NCBI RefSeq assembly: GCF_009914755.1
Contig: NC_060929.1
Length of the DNA: 64,000 nucleotides
Direction: 5' to 3' (one strand)
Source of the DNA: the human T2T-CHM13v2.0 reference genome, Homo sapiens
This document shows positions 16,721 to 64,000 of the stretch, one piece after another. The position numbers and the translations under genes were made by a program. The notes beneath the pieces are model-generated. The model ran no database searches. It saw only the letters and a list, made by a program, of their open reading frames with translations, and was not told the origin of the DNA. The first letter of the stretch is position 1. The number at the start of each line of letters is the position of its first letter.

Positions 16721-17411
16721 AAATCTTGTTTGGCACACAGTAGGTAATCAAGAATGCATGTTGCAAGAATTAAGAGGTAAAGTCTATTCAAATAATATTC
16801 ATGTTCACTCCTCATCCCTCCCCATTGGCACATCTACTTCCATGCCTCCTATTCATTGTTGGGATCTTTGAGTTGGGAGAAAATGTTATCTAATCGTTTG
16901 AAATGTTTGTTGCCCCTCATTTAATATGCATGGCTCCTTTCTATCTGAGAGTTTTCACACTGGTCATCTTGGCCCTACCCATCTCAACACTGGAGCCGTG
17001 CACAACTTTCTGGCTTGTGGATTATGTGCCCACCCTTAATGTTTGCTTTTTGAACAGACCCAGAAAAGGGAAAACCGGTTGTCTGCCAAAGTGTGGACAG
17101 TCTTAGCTGGCTGCACCTCCTTTGGCCAGTTGCTGCCACTTGGGGCCCTCTGGTGGCTGCTTCTTGCATAGCTCCACGCTAGGTATGAAATTCATTGTGT
17201 GAATTATCATAAGCTTGGATAGAGTCCAGAGCCTTCCAAGGGAAAGCTCACAATGTAGTGGAATGCCAGAGGTATGAAAAGAAGAAGTAATAAACAAAAC
17301 AAAAATGTAAAAAATTACCATTTAGAGCTTGTAGCTTTCTTGTTTCACCATGACTTGGCCCAGAGAAAAGGCAAAGCAGTGACATAAAGATAATGCATAT
17401 AAAAGAGATCT

Positions 17412-17732
<321 letters not shown>

Positions 17733-17772
17733 TTAAAAGTCGGGTGCTGGTAGGCAAGGAGCAGTGCCAGGC

Positions 17773-48429
<30,657 letters not shown>

Positions 48430-48566
48430 GACTGCTTAAGAAACAAGGAGCTCGGGGTGACAAAGAGGTCTGCTCTGGAAGGAGGGAAGCAGGAAGGTGT
48501 CTAGTGTAGATGTACACCCCAGCACAGTGGTGTGTGCCCGGGCTGGCTCTGGCCAAGCTGGAACGA

Positions 48567-48601
48567 GGCCCCGCCCACCTCCCTGGAGGGCACCTCTTCC
48601 T
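48567..48601 (-). promoter_or_regulatory. SLC36A2 proximal promoter: Sp/KLF GC box and ETS-like core
   Basis: GGTGGGCGGGGCC (48579-48567) and CAGGAAG nearby, about 140-170 nt upstream of the ATG. No TATA box or CpG island seen. Confidence 0.5.
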
Positions 48602-51600
48602 GCCTGGAGAAGCCAGTGGACGAGGACTCCTGGGAAGAGGAGGAGAGGAAGGAGGGATTTGGAAAAGGCATCACCCATTCGTATTGGTATTACTTAATAA
48701 TAATCATAATGATAACTATTATACTGATAATTTTAATAACAAATATCTATTAAGCCCTGTACTAAGGGATAAGCAATCCTCTAAGTGTTTTATCTACATT
48801 TTCTCATTTAACCCTATCAATTAAGTAAGGAGAAAACTGAGGTTTCTTGAAGTAAAGGAATCTGCCCGAGGTCAGATAGCTAGAAAGTGACAGAGTTGGA
48901 ACCTAGCCCAATTTGTCAAGGTTTTCAACCAGTAACCTATTTCTGTCTCCAAGAAAATACCTACAAATCCCTCTCCTTTTATTCATCTCAGGGTAGAGGT
49001 TTCCATGTCTCACTGGCTCCACAGTCTGCTGTAAGACATCCCTTCTTGCAGCACCCCATTCTTAAATTGGAACAAAAAAGGGACAGTCACTCAGTCATCT
49101 CTAATTAATTCTTAGCTTTTGTGAGGCTCCATGGAGTGAGTAAAGAGTGTTCTTCTGGAAACGGGGAAGAGGCTGAGATTGTATGACTCCCAGCCACAGT
49201 TTGCTGGGCAAGATACTGGCGCCAGGAGGTGGTGAGATTTGTCTAAGGTCACACATGAAATCCAGGATAGAACTCTGCAGCTAAAGATGGTCTTGGGCGT
49301 TTCTCTAGTATCCCACTCTCTGTCATTATCTCTGCTTCAGTGCAGATGAACAGGCCAAAATTTCCTCCTCCCTCAAAATTACAGCTTTTGACTCAAGCCA
49401 TACCACTCTCTCCTCCATCATCTCATCCCCAAAACTAACATTTCTTAAGGGCTTATTACATGCCACAAGCTTTGCTTAGCTAATGTCACTGCTAACTGGT
49501 AGCATCCAAGACAGATTTGTCAGGCCCCTCCCTTACATGGGGCTCTTTCCAAGGTCCTGTATGCAATTTTGAATGGACAATTTTGTATTGCTTTTTTCTT
49601 AAAGAGGTCCTCCTTACCACTACTTTCCCCTTCTCCATGGGATAAGCTTCAAGCTCCACAAAGCCTGGCTACTTCTGTGGGTTAGCTTTGTTAGTTTGTT
49701 TTTACAGATGTGGAAATTGAGGCTCAGAGAGGAAAAGAATAACTTGCTGGAGGTCACAGCTGGAACTCGGTAAATCCGAACTCCCCGCTAGCCAGGTTTT
49801 TTTTGGTTGTTGTTGTTTGTTTTTTGTTTTGTTTGTTTGTTTTTTCTGAAGCCTGCAGCTTTGACCACAGCACTGTCTCCTTTGTTTTAATGCTGGCCCC
49901 ACCCTGCCAGCTTCTTGTCCTGAATCAACTGAAACACTTGCTGTGATTTGAGAAGTGTTATTCCCTTGTCTGGCACCATTACATGGCAGTATTACTGGTC
50001 TGTGAAGTAGCAGGCTGCATCCTGTGACCTGCTCGTTTACAGCCTGAGATTCCACAATTTAAATTTGTAATCTCAGATTTGATGTCGCAGGTGGAGCTCT
50101 GTGTTCCTGCTCGAGCAAGGTCAGTAATAAGATTGTTGAGGAGCTTGCTATGTTTAGATATGAGCTAGTTCTTGCCTTCCTCTCCAGGTTTTGAGAAGAA
50201 CTCTGAATTATCTTCAGGCCTTTTGGAAAGGGGTGGCTGGAATATCAGTGTTTGGCCAGAGCTCTTCCCAGGCATCGTCAGTGAAAAAAAAGCTTGTAGG
50301 GTGGGGCTCCACACCCCAACTCATTGCACCACATGTTAGCAGGCAGGAGGTCTTCTCCTAGGGTGGGGATGTCCAAAATAAGCCCTTCCAACACGAGTGG
50401 CCCAGGCATCCGAAGCCCTGGGTTCCGCTATGGCTCTAACTATGAAGCTGTGGCAACCCTTGGAAAGATATTATTCCCCTTCAAACTCCAGTGTCCCCTT
50501 TGCAAGATGGATACTAGATTGTAGATGACTTCCAAAGGCATGAGAACCCCAAGGGCTTGGATGGGGTGTTTGGTAACGCTGAGATGCAGGCCAGCTTTTC
50601 TTGGGTGGGGCAGGCAACTGGTGAAAAGACAGCCTGCCCACTAGACATCTCCAAAAAGAGTGGAGCAAATGGGATGTAAATAATGATAATAATCTCCTAT
50701 GATCCTTTAGAGTAAACACAGAGCCTTGTTCCTTTCATGGCTTATGGCACTTTTAAAACGTGGTGTGTATCAAAGCATCTGAAGAGATAATAAAGAACAG
50801 AGACTCAGACTTGTTGAAGTAGGATAGAATCTGTGCCATGTTATTTTTGCCAAGTTCATCAGGTGATTCTGATACTAGCTGAAGTTTGAGTCCACTGTTC
50901 TATGGAGTGGGAATAATTGCTTCTTTTTTAATAGATTAGAGAACCAAGGCAGAGAGCTGGGAAATATTTGCCTGAGGTCGTATAATCTGGTAGAAATGAT
51001 CACTGGTACTCCTTTGGGCTAGAAGTCAGAGACTTCAGAGACAAAATGAAACCCCTACCTGGATGAAAATTCATCACCCTATCCTCACCACCACCACCAC
51101 CACCACCCTCCCCCGGCCCCGGGTACCTCCTCATAGTCTGTGGCTGATGAATGTGACTCCTTCTACCCCCATCTAAATAATAATGATAATAGCGACTCAC
51201 ATGTATTGAGTCTATTCTATGTGCCAAGCTCTAGATGAGGTGTGTTACATGAGGTAGGCACTATGATTACCCCCATTTTACAGATGAGGAAACTGAGGCT
51301 CAGAGGGGTTACCTCCCTTGCCTAAGGTGACCCAGTTAGTACTAGAGACAGAGCTTTGATTGGATTCCAGGCCTCTTGGCATGTGCCTCTGAAGCTGCAG
51401 TTGAGTTATCTCTGTGTTCCTCTGCTATGACTAGGGCGTAGTAGGAACTCTGAAATAGTTGAAAACCCTTTCCTGTGCATACTTTATGCCATTCAAGACT
51501 GGGACTTCATGCATCAATCAAATTTCTAAATAAATGTTAGGGACTGATATAGATGGGCAAATTCTCATTTCTCTCCATTAAAAACCTTTAAAATATCACC

Positions 51601-51659
51601 ATTAAAAAAAAGAGAATATTTCAACCCCCTAAAGCTGGAAGAACATAATATCAGGATAA

Positions 51660-52365
<706 letters not shown>

Positions 52366-53431
52366 GCTATTCCTGAGAACCCCTAAGTGGCCTAATCACA
52401 TATTCATGTGTGTAGGTATAGGCTCTGACACATTTTTAGGTTTCTGAACTTGCTGGGGAGAGTGAATTGCGGATGAGGAGCGGTCAGTGGCATCAGCAAG
52501 TGGCTTCTTCTGGTGAACGGGAATGGGGTCTCTCACTTGTTGCAGGTGTCAACTCTTATGACCCAACTGAGTTTCATTTATCCGTTTCTTTTTTCAGCAA
52601 AAGCTAATAATGATAATGACAGTTATCATCATCATCATCATACTGTAACGAGAGCTACCATTTATTAAGCATTTTATGTTATACAGTATTCAGAGCAATC
52701 CTTCATCCTCACCACCTCCATTCTCATCCAAGCCAGCATCATCCCTCACTTGGAAAACTAGCTTCCTAACTAGTTTCCTGGCCTCTCCACTTCCCTGTTT
52801 AAAATCTATTTCCTCACAATAGCAAATGATGATGCAACTCCCCTTCCTGAAACCTCCTCCTGCTCCAAATTGACCTGAGAACATATCAGTATTCCTCACC
52901 ACAACCCACAAGGTCCTGCATGATCCAGCTGCTGCCTCTCTCCCAACTCACCTTGTTCATGTCTCTCCCTAGAACACTATGCTCCAGTCACATGGACCTT
53001 TTTTCCTGCATTAAATTTTGTCCTTTCCCTCCTTGGATACTGCATTTGCTGCTCTCTGTGCCTGCACTTTTTATCCTCTGCTTTTTGTTATGCTAGTCTT
53101 AGGTCAAGATTTTTCTGCTCCAACAACCTCCCTTGACAACTCTATCTAAAGGAGGACCCTCTGCTTGACTAGTTATTCTCAGTCATACCCCTGCTTTTTT
53201 TCATGTTGCTTCTCACAATTTGTAATTATCTTGATTATGTGTGTGTATCCCCATTGTTGTTTATGTCCTCCCACTAGAATTTAAGCTCCATGAAAGTGGG
53301 AAGTACTTGGTCACCTTCCCAGTTCTTAGGCCTGGCTCATGGTAGGCTCTCAAAAAATATTCAATGAATGAATGTGTTATTGATCCCATTTGACAGATGT
53401 GGAGTAAGCCTCAGAGGTCCTTTCTTTTGCC

Positions 53432-54125
53432 TGTGTTGGTTTCCTATGGCTGCTCTAACAAATTGCCATAAACTTAGTGCCATAAAACAACACACAAATT
53501 TGTTCTTACAGTTCTGAAGGCCAGAAGCCCTAAATCAGTTTCAATGAGCCAAAGTAAACATGCCAGCAGGGCTATGCTTCCTCCAGAGGCTATGAAGGAA
53601 AATCTGTTTCCTTTGTTGTTGTTGTTCTTCTTCCTAGCTTCTAGAGCATTCTGTACATCCCTTGGCTCGTGGCTCCTTCCCTGATATTCCCATAGTGTCT
53701 TCTCTCTCTGACTCTGCTTCTATCCCATGGGCTTCTTATCTCTTGTCTGTAGTCAAATCTCCCTTTGTTTTCCTCCTATAAAGATACTTGAGATTAAACA
53801 TAAGGATAATCCAGGATAAACCTCCCATCTCAAGATCCCTAACTCAATCACATCTTCAAAGGGTATGATTTAAACCCAGCAAGGGCTGTCCAGATTCTTC
53901 TTGGCCTCTCTATGCAGCATTCCTTACTTCAGGGTATGGGGCTAGACCCCCTCTGGAATAAGGGTCTTATGACCCACAATCAAATTAGAGTCCTGCCTTG
54001 GGCAGGTGAAAGGAGGGGAGGAGAAAGCTAGAGAAAAAGAGATTCTCTTTGCTTTTACAAGGGCTATGGGAATTATGAGCCAGGAACCATGGATGAAAAC
54101 ATATGTGTTGAAAACCATGAATGAA
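53432..54125 (-). mobile_element. MLT1 LTR fragment (53432-~53860) abutting an ERV1 LTR fragment (MER21/39-like, ~53870-54125)
   Basis: TTTCCTATGGCTGCTCTAACAAATTGCCATAAACTTAG (MLT1); GGGCTATGGGAATTATGAGCCAGGAACCATGGATGAAAAC (MER21 group). Confidence 0.65.
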
Positions 54126-54369
54126 AACATATATATGTATGTGTGTGTGCATATGTGTGTATATATATAATATAGATATCATAGACTCATAGTACTTAGT
54201 TAGAGGCATAACAGTCCCTTCATTCTACAAATTGTGAAACTGAGGCCCAGAGAGGAGAAGTGAGCACACACAAAGATACTATGTTTAGGACAGAACCAGG
54301 CATAGCATCTAAAATATGGTTCCCAGTTTAGAGATTGTCTACCAAAACCTAATGTTGTCTTTAAAAATA

Positions 54370-55350
<981 letters not shown>

Positions 55351-56319
55351 CATTTGGATAAATATTGACTTTGTCATTTTATCAGATCAGTGCAGAACAG
55401 CCACCCTTGAGGAGATTTTCTTCTACCAAGATAATATCTGCACTTCAGCCAAGTCTTTGTACTCTCTGTGTTTCATGCATGCACAATGAGCTAAAATGGT
55501 TTTAGAGGCACAGAGTCCAACCTCCTCATTTTATAGATGGGGAAACTGAAGCACACAATTTGACCCTGCCCTGTCCCTGGGGCCCTGTCCCTCAGCGGGG
55601 TTAGGGGTCATTTGGATTAGATTCTGCTTTGGTAGGGGGACAGAAAAGACAGACAGTTTCATGCCCACTCTCCATTTTGCCTGCTAGCTCCAGGAATAGT
55701 CTTGGCACTAACTCCTGTTGTCTAGATTGGAACCCCTGCACATGCACATACCTGAACCAATCATTGTGACCCTAGTGGTCAGCCCCTGGATTGGAGGCAG
55801 AGTCAGCCTCACCAGAACTATATATACGGGGGGTGGCAGAAGTGGTTTTCCAAAGGAAAATCAGAGAATAATTACCAGAAAAAAGGAGGCTAGATGCTGG
55901 GCAGCAGAGCAGATGTTCACCATAGCGGGGAAATACAACTTGAACATTAAGAGCTATAATGCAAGGGAGACCATGGTAAGTCCTCCCTACTGACCGAGGA
56001 AAAACACATTAAAATGACAACAATGAACTGTAACCAGCAAAAAGTCTGGCTGCTCGCTGCTTATAGAAAGAAACATGAGTGAGGTGTAATAAAAAGAGAG
56101 TGAGATTTTATTATCCATGCAAGCAAGGGGCAGAGTGGGTGGAATTCTTTCCAAAATTTTTTACTCTTCAATTTGTGGAGGGAACACAGGAGTTTTTCAA
56201 GAGAGGGTTTGGAATGGCACAAGGCGCGGGAGCATAGAATGGGAAAAGAAAAAGAATGCAGGAAAGAAAGCATTCTGAGGCTGCTTGAAACTGCAGGGGA
56301 AAGGGGAAAGAAAAAAAAA

Positions 56320-57329
56320 TACCTTTAAATGGAGGGTTGATGCCAGGCTATTCGGTTACAGTGCCACAATACGACATACTACTGGAAGTGAATTTGGTAA
56401 TATCTATAAAAATTTGAAAAAGTGCATTCCTTTTAACTCTGCAATTTAATTTCTAATAATCTCTTCTAGAAATGCTCACACACGTATACCCCAGGGTGTT
56501 TACTGCAGCATTATCTGTAATAGCAAAAAATGGAGACAACCTGCATGTACCACAGGAGGATAATTGTTCATAAATTATCCTAATTCTATTGAGTGGAATA
56601 TTGCCATGGCTGTTAAAAAGACTCAAGCATATCTGTATATACTGACGTGGAGGGAGATTTAGGATATATTACTGTGAAATATGAAATGTTCATCACACTA
56701 AGTACAACATGAACCCATTTTTCAAAAAACAAATGGAATCAATTTATTTTTGAGAAAAGCATAAAACCGCATACATCTCCAACTGCAAGAACCCAAACAT
56801 AGAAAATACACATGCATACACATCTTGTATACACATGGTTGTATATGCTTGAGAAAGATCTGGAAGGATTCACAGTAGTTCCTCCTGCAGTGTGAGAATA
56901 TAAGTGGACACTTAGGGGTGAAGCAGATGTGGGAATTTTGTATTTTAATTCCAATGTTTTTGATTTTAAAGGCATATTTAAAAATTAATATTAATGTGCT
57001 ATTTTGTAACAAAATTAAAATTTTACAAAGGATATGTTAAGAATACAGGAGGATCCCAGAACTTTGGGAGGCTGAGGTGGGTGGATCACCTGAGGTCAGG
57101 TGTTCAAGCCCAGTCTGGTCAACATGGAGAAACCCCATCTCCACTAAAAATACAAAAACTGGCTGGGCATGGTGGCTCACACCTGTAATCCCAGCTAACT
57201 GGGAGGCTGAGGCAGGAGAATCGCTTGAACCTGGGAGGTAGGGTTGCAGTGAGCTGAGATCACGCCACTGCACTCCAGCCTAGGCAACAGAGCAAGGCTC
57301 TGTCTCACAAAAAAAAAAAAAAAAAAAAA
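56320..57329 (+). mobile_element. L1ME-like 3' fragment followed by a 5'-truncated AluS (57053-57329)
   Basis: AATTTGGTAATATCTATAAAAATT...TGCAGCATTATCTGTAATAGCAAAAAATGGAGACAACC; AAGAATACA flanks the Alu. Confidence 0.7.
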
Positions 57330-58502
57330 GAATACACGAAGACCTGATAAAGTGCTAGAAGAAAAGTGCTACGAGAGAGAGATGAGGCGTATATCTGTTA
57401 CTCACACCTCCTCCGAGCTGGAGCCAGCAAACTCTAGGAGGAGAGGGGCTGTCATCTTTGTGTTCCCTTTCATCCTTAGGAACTACGTGTGTTGGGCATA
57501 TAGTAGGTCTCTGGTGGCTGAATCTTCTCCCTGAAATGCCCTTCAGGCACTGGCTCTCCTCCTGAATTTTTGCAAGAGGAAATTCAACATTGAAGTCCAG
57601 TTTCAAGTACCCCCCTCTCATCCACTTACTCAAAGACAAGGAAGCAGTTCAAAAAATCCCTCCACATTAAAGTTTACCTCTGGGCATTCAGTTGTGGTCA
57701 GCCCCTCTTCTAGGCCATAGTTCTCTGCCATAAATTCAGTGAAGAACATGCTACACAACTGGGGGCAATTTTCTCTCTCAAATTTAACTTCAGACCTAAC
57801 ATTTCCCTTCAACCTGCTCATGATTTCCTGTGCAATTCCTTATTGTGGATCAATAAGGAAGAAAAAAATAGGAAGCTAGATAGGGTCAAGGGAATGAAGC
57901 CAGGTAGCTGATGATAATATTCACACAAGCAGGGTGCTCCCATAGGTAGAGGACTATGCAGGTCCCCAAGCACTTGACCCATCCAGAATCTCCTTGATGT
58001 TAGCAAATCTAAGAGGAAGAAGGGTAGGAATTATAGTCCCCATGTTACAGATAAGGAACTCGAAGTTCATCGGTTTAGTGATGCCCATGTGTAGTGGTAG
58101 ACAACTGGAAAATCTTCATTTCCTAGATTTCTGACCCCCATTCACAAAGCCACAAAAGGCCTTTCCCTGGATCACAGCCGGAACCTCACTTAAGCCACAG
58201 GCCCACATAGCTAAGGGCTTTAGCGGTGGTTGTGTGATAATAGGTGGTAGGTAGTGAGAGAAAGGTGGTTGGCTGCCAGTATCAGCATGACAAAACCCAT
58301 CATTGTTCTTGGCACTAAAAGGAGCACTAGCCAGTTTGGGTGGTTCTTCTGTCAAGGGAGAGATGGAGCTTCCATTGCTGTTTTTGGAGAGTAGGAGATT
58401 TTGTGGACTTTTACTTCCTTACAAGCTGAATGATAGGCCTTTTGGGCCAAGTATTAATACTAATCTTATCTGATTTATCTCTTCTTTTGAAATAACCTAA
58501 AG

Positions 58503-58725
58503 CAGGGGTTAGTAAACTATGGCCTATTGGCCAAATCTATCCTGACACCTGTTTTTAGAAAAAAGGTTTTATTGGAACTCAGGATGCCCATTCATTTACG
58601 TATTGTTTAAATCTGCCTTCATGCTACATTGGCAGAGTTGAGTAGTTGTGACAGAAACCATACAGACCACGAAGGTTAAAATATTTACCATCTGGCTCTG
58701 TATAGAAAAAGCTTGCCAACCTCTG
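58503..58725 (+). mobile_element. MER58A (hAT-Charlie MITE)
   Basis: Terminal inverted repeats CAGGGGTTAGTAAA ... TTGCCAACCTCTG; about 220 bp. Confidence 0.8.
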
Positions 58726-58834
58726 ACTTAAGTCAACATATATTTTCTGAGCATGAACTCTGTGCCTTCTTGCTCTTTTACTTCCAGAAATCTGCTGGTA
58801 TTCTCCACGATTAAAACCTAAATCTTGTGGCATC

Positions 58835-59518
58835 TGTTAAAAGAAAACCTATAGACAGATAAGATTTAACAGTGTTTAATTGAGCAAAGAATGATTCATG
58901 AATTAGGCAACCCCAAGACCAGAATAGGTTCAGAGAGCTCCAGGCTGCATTGTGGTCAGAGAACTTTTATGGACATAAAATGGAAGTGAAGGACAGAGAG
59001 AACTTGATTGGTTAAGGCTCAGCATTTGCCCTATTTGACCACGGTCTGCTCAGTTGGCTGCCTGTGATTGACTGACTAGGCAGCTGTGATTGGCTGAGAC
59101 TCAGCTATTTGTTACAAAAAAGTATACCCTTATATTTGGTTTTCAGTTAGTTTGCATACTAAGTTAGGTTGCAGTGTCTTATGCAAAGACCCAAGTAGGG
59201 AGACAGCCTCAGGCCAGATTTAGTTTAACTTTTTTTCTTTTCTGTTTTTTTTTTGTTGTTGAGACAGGGTCCTATTCTGTCACCCAGGTTGTAGTGCATT
59301 GGTGATCCTCACTCACTGTAGCCTTGAACTCCTGGGCTCAAGAGATCCTCCTGCTTCAGCATCCCAAGTATCTGAAACTACAGGCATGCACTACTGTGGC
59401 CGGCTAATTTTTGTAGAGATGGGATCTTGCTATGTTACTCAGGCTGGTCTTGAACTCCTGGCCTCCTCCTGCCTCAGCCTTCCAAATGCTAGGATTACAG
59501 GTTTAGTTTAATTTAACA
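58835..59518. mobile_element. ERV1 (MER4-group/MER31-like) solo LTR with an AluJ (-, 59230-59501) near one end
   Basis: TGTTAAA...TTTAACA inverted ends; TTTAGTTTAA duplicated around the Alu. Confidence 0.65.
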
Positions 59519-59660
59519 CTTCTCATCTGGTGCTTGTTGTACATGTTTCCTGATAAATTTTTCTATCCCCAATTCCTCAACATTACTGACTGGAGAAGTG
59601 GTTCTCAAACTTCAGTGGGCACGACAACCGCCTGGGAAGCTGGTTAAAGTGTTGATTCTC

Positions 59661-59974
<314 letters not shown>

Positions 59975-60449
59975 AAAGTGTTGATTCTCAAGTCCCACCC
60001 CGGAGTGTTGATTTAGGAATCTACATTTTTATAAATGCCTCAATGATTCGAATGACATCATGTAAGAGATCATGTATGGTGAATTACTGAATCCTAAAGC
60101 TATAAAACAGACATATTGGCCCAATGATCTTTCTACACAGAGAAATAGCAAACTGTCTGAACCATCATTTCTTTGGCTCCTAATACATCCATGCCTTCCA
60201 GAGTCAGCTAACTTTCAAACAACATCCACAAATGTTTTAGAAATCTCCTGGCTACCCCCACTCAACCTATATCTCTAATGAATCTCTCCTGATACAACAT
60301 CGAATTGCAAGAAAAACATAAGCTTATAGTTAGAAACTTTTCAGAGCAATTTCTGGAGGAGGCATATTTTTTCTTCTCTCTTTCTCTTCTAGTCTAATTC
60401 TCCTAAAAGATTTTCAGCTAGCAAATAAGAGGCTAAGAGGGGACATTCC

Positions 60450-61060
60450 ATTATTTAAATAGCCTTATTATTATAATTTGCATGCCATAAAATTCACCCA
60501 CTGCAAGTGTGCAATTAAATGACTTGAGTAAATTTATAATTGTGCAATCACCACCACGAGCCAGTTTTGAACATTTCAATCACACCTAATAGTCTCCTCC
60601 TGCCCATTTGCTATCCCCAGTCATGCCACCCTACCAGCCCTAGGGAGCAACTGATGTGCTCTTTGCCTCTATAAATTTGCCTTTTTTAGACATTTCATAT
60701 AAATGGATTCACACAACATGTGGTTGTTTGCATTTGGCTTCTTTCACTTAGCATAACGTTTTTGAGTTCATCCATGCTGTAGAATGTTTTGAGGTTCATC
60801 CATGCTGTAGAAACAAACCAATAGTTTGTTTCTTTTAATTGTTGATTGATATTCCATTGTATGGGTATGCTGCATTTTGTTTATCCATTTACCAGTTGAT
60901 GGATCTCTGGACGGTTTTTAGTTTTGGCCTATTATGAGTCATGTTGTCATAAATATTTGCATACACGTTTTTTGTGGACGTAAGTTTTATGCTTTCATTT
61001 GCCTTGTATAAATACCTATAAGTAGAATTGTTCCATTGTATGTCAAATACTTGATTCTTT
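60450..61060 (-). mobile_element. L1MB-like 3' end
   Basis: GACATTTCATATAAATGGA...TGGCTTCTTTCACTTAGCATAA; local ~27-bp tandem duplication at 60759-60812. Confidence 0.8.
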
Positions 61061-61121
61061 TTAAAATTTTATTTTTATTAAAGCTTTTTTAAAATTTTTT
61101 GCTTAAAGTGGTGGATCCTCA

Positions 61122-62225
61122 ACAGTTGATTCTTAGATAATGCAGGGATTAGGAGCACAGACTCCTTGGAGAGTTGAAAATCCATGTATAGCTTTTCACT
61201 TCTCCAAAACTTAATTACTAATGGTTTACTATTTACTGGAAACCTTACCAATAACATACACAGTTGATTAACGCACACTTTGTATGTTATATGTATTATA
61301 TATGCTGTATTCTTATAATAAAGTGAGCTAGAAAAAAGAAAATGTTACTAAGAGAATCACAAGGAAGAGAAAATATATTTACTATTCATTAAATGGAGTT
61401 GGGTCATCATGTAATTTTCATCTTCATTGTCTTCATATTGAGTAGGCTGAGGAGGAGGAGGAAAAGGAGGGTTAATGGTGCTGTTTCAGGGGTGGCAGGG
61501 GTGGAAAAAGGTGGAAGGGGAGGCAGGACAGGCAGGCACACTCAGTGTAACTTTACAGAAATACACTGAACTTCTGTCTGACTTTTTCTGCTTTTTCATT
61601 TCTCTAAAATGTTTCTATATAGTATTGATCTTTCTTCTGTCCTTTGCTTTAGTTTCAGTACCTGTATCATAGAAAGGTCCATTTTGTTAGGGAAGTCAAA
61701 AGCAGTCTTCAATCACCAGAACCCTTCTGTCAGATTTTTAAATGCCAATTAGTTTTCTGACACTGCTGCTGCTTCTTCTTCCTCCTCAGCTGACACCGGT
61801 TGAGAAGCACTCATCTCCATCCAGTCATCTTTTGTTAATTCCTCTGGCATGGTGTCTATTTGCTCTTGAATTTCTCCAAGATCCATATCTTGAAACCCTT
61901 CACTCCCCATCTTTTTTGTCACATCCACAATCTCTTTTTTTATTTCCTTGATTGGCTCTGTTGTATTAGGTTGGTGCAAAAGTAATCATGGTTTTGGCCA
62001 TTAAAGTAATGTTATGTACAACATCTAGGCACAGTTTTCTTCTGCAGAAATTTATTGTTTCAGGCTTTTATGGTTTTTTCTATAACCACAATGGCATCTT
62101 CAATGGTGTAATCTTTTCACATTTTGATGATATTCTATCAGCACTCTCTTCCATAGCACTGACAATACTTTCCATAGAGTACTATGTGTAGTGAGCCTTA
62201 AAGTTCGTTGAGACCCCTGGTGTAG
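61122..62225 (-). mobile_element. Tigger2-type DNA transposon 3' part with transposase remnant
   Basis: Terminal CAGTTGA...GTTGAAAATCCATGTATA; ORF 61749-61979 EPIKEIKKEIVD...GFQDMDLGEIQEQIDT.PEELT is Tigger-transposase-like. Confidence 0.8.
61966..62010 (+). mobile_element. Half MADE1 (one Hsmar1 terminal inverted repeat) nested in Tigger2
   Basis: TA|TTAGGTTGGTGCAAAAGTAATCATGGTTTTGGCCATTAAAGTAAT. Confidence 0.85.
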
Positions 62226-62529
62226 AGGCTGAATTCATTTTCACAATGATATAATTGGACAATATGATGAAAGTTACTAACTGTAATTAGCATTTAACTT
62301 ATTAGCAACATTGTATTCTTTATTGAGCTGAACAAACAACTCGAAACATCTTATATTGCTTTAAAAATAATATATTTCTTATATCAGTCCAATATCTACT
62401 AAAGAAGAACATTTTAGTGCCCAGATATAAGATATTTTAGAGTCAAAAATAGTGAGAGAAATTGAAGTAATCATGTTCTGCAACTGCCCAAATTGTTAAC
62501 ATAAGTGCTTGTTAAACAGACAAAACCTT

Positions 62530-64000
<1,471 letters not shown>

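Noticed and set aside
48436-48678. 80-aa minus-strand ORF in frame with SLC36A2, as an N-terminal extension
   Set aside because: It ends at a TAA two codons before the ATG and begins upstream of the GC-box promoter

Overview
Human genomic DNA (it carries a human-specific AluYb8) from the SLC36 proton-coupled amino-acid transporter cluster, recognised as 5q33.1 from the proteins. The window holds the complete SLC36A2 (PAT2) gene on the minus strand. I reassembled it by hand: 10 coding exons of 164+91+89+96+85+219+99+167+170+272 = 1452 nt, giving 483 aa plus stop, with all introns GT-AG. It also holds coding exon 1 of the downstream paralogue SLC36A3 (PAT3), and an ATP6V1G1 processed pseudogene lying antisense in SLC36A2 intron 9. 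The rest is repeat-dense: about 30 Alus, several L1/L2/MIR fossils, solo LTRs (LTR8, LTR12, MLT1, MER-type) and Tigger2/MER8/MER58/MADE1 DNA transposon fossils. Nearly all ORFs in the supplied track are repeat-derived noise. I found no provable new multi-gene system. The best leads are regulatory: (i) the likely SLC36A2 poly(A) signal is the native signal of an MLT1 LTR; (ii) an intact LTR12 promoter points antisense into the SLC36A2 3' end and in sense towards the V-ATPase G1 retrocopy; (iii) a candidate 198-nt upstream exon has a hairpin-bridged acceptor and could splice to a strong acceptor inside the SLC36A2 5' UTR; (iv) a strong-Kozak uORF and hairpin sit just before the SLC36A3 start; (v) there are two templated-insertion scars. 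Repeat subfamily names come from memory of consensus sequences, and their boundaries are approximate unless a target-site duplication (TSD) is quoted.
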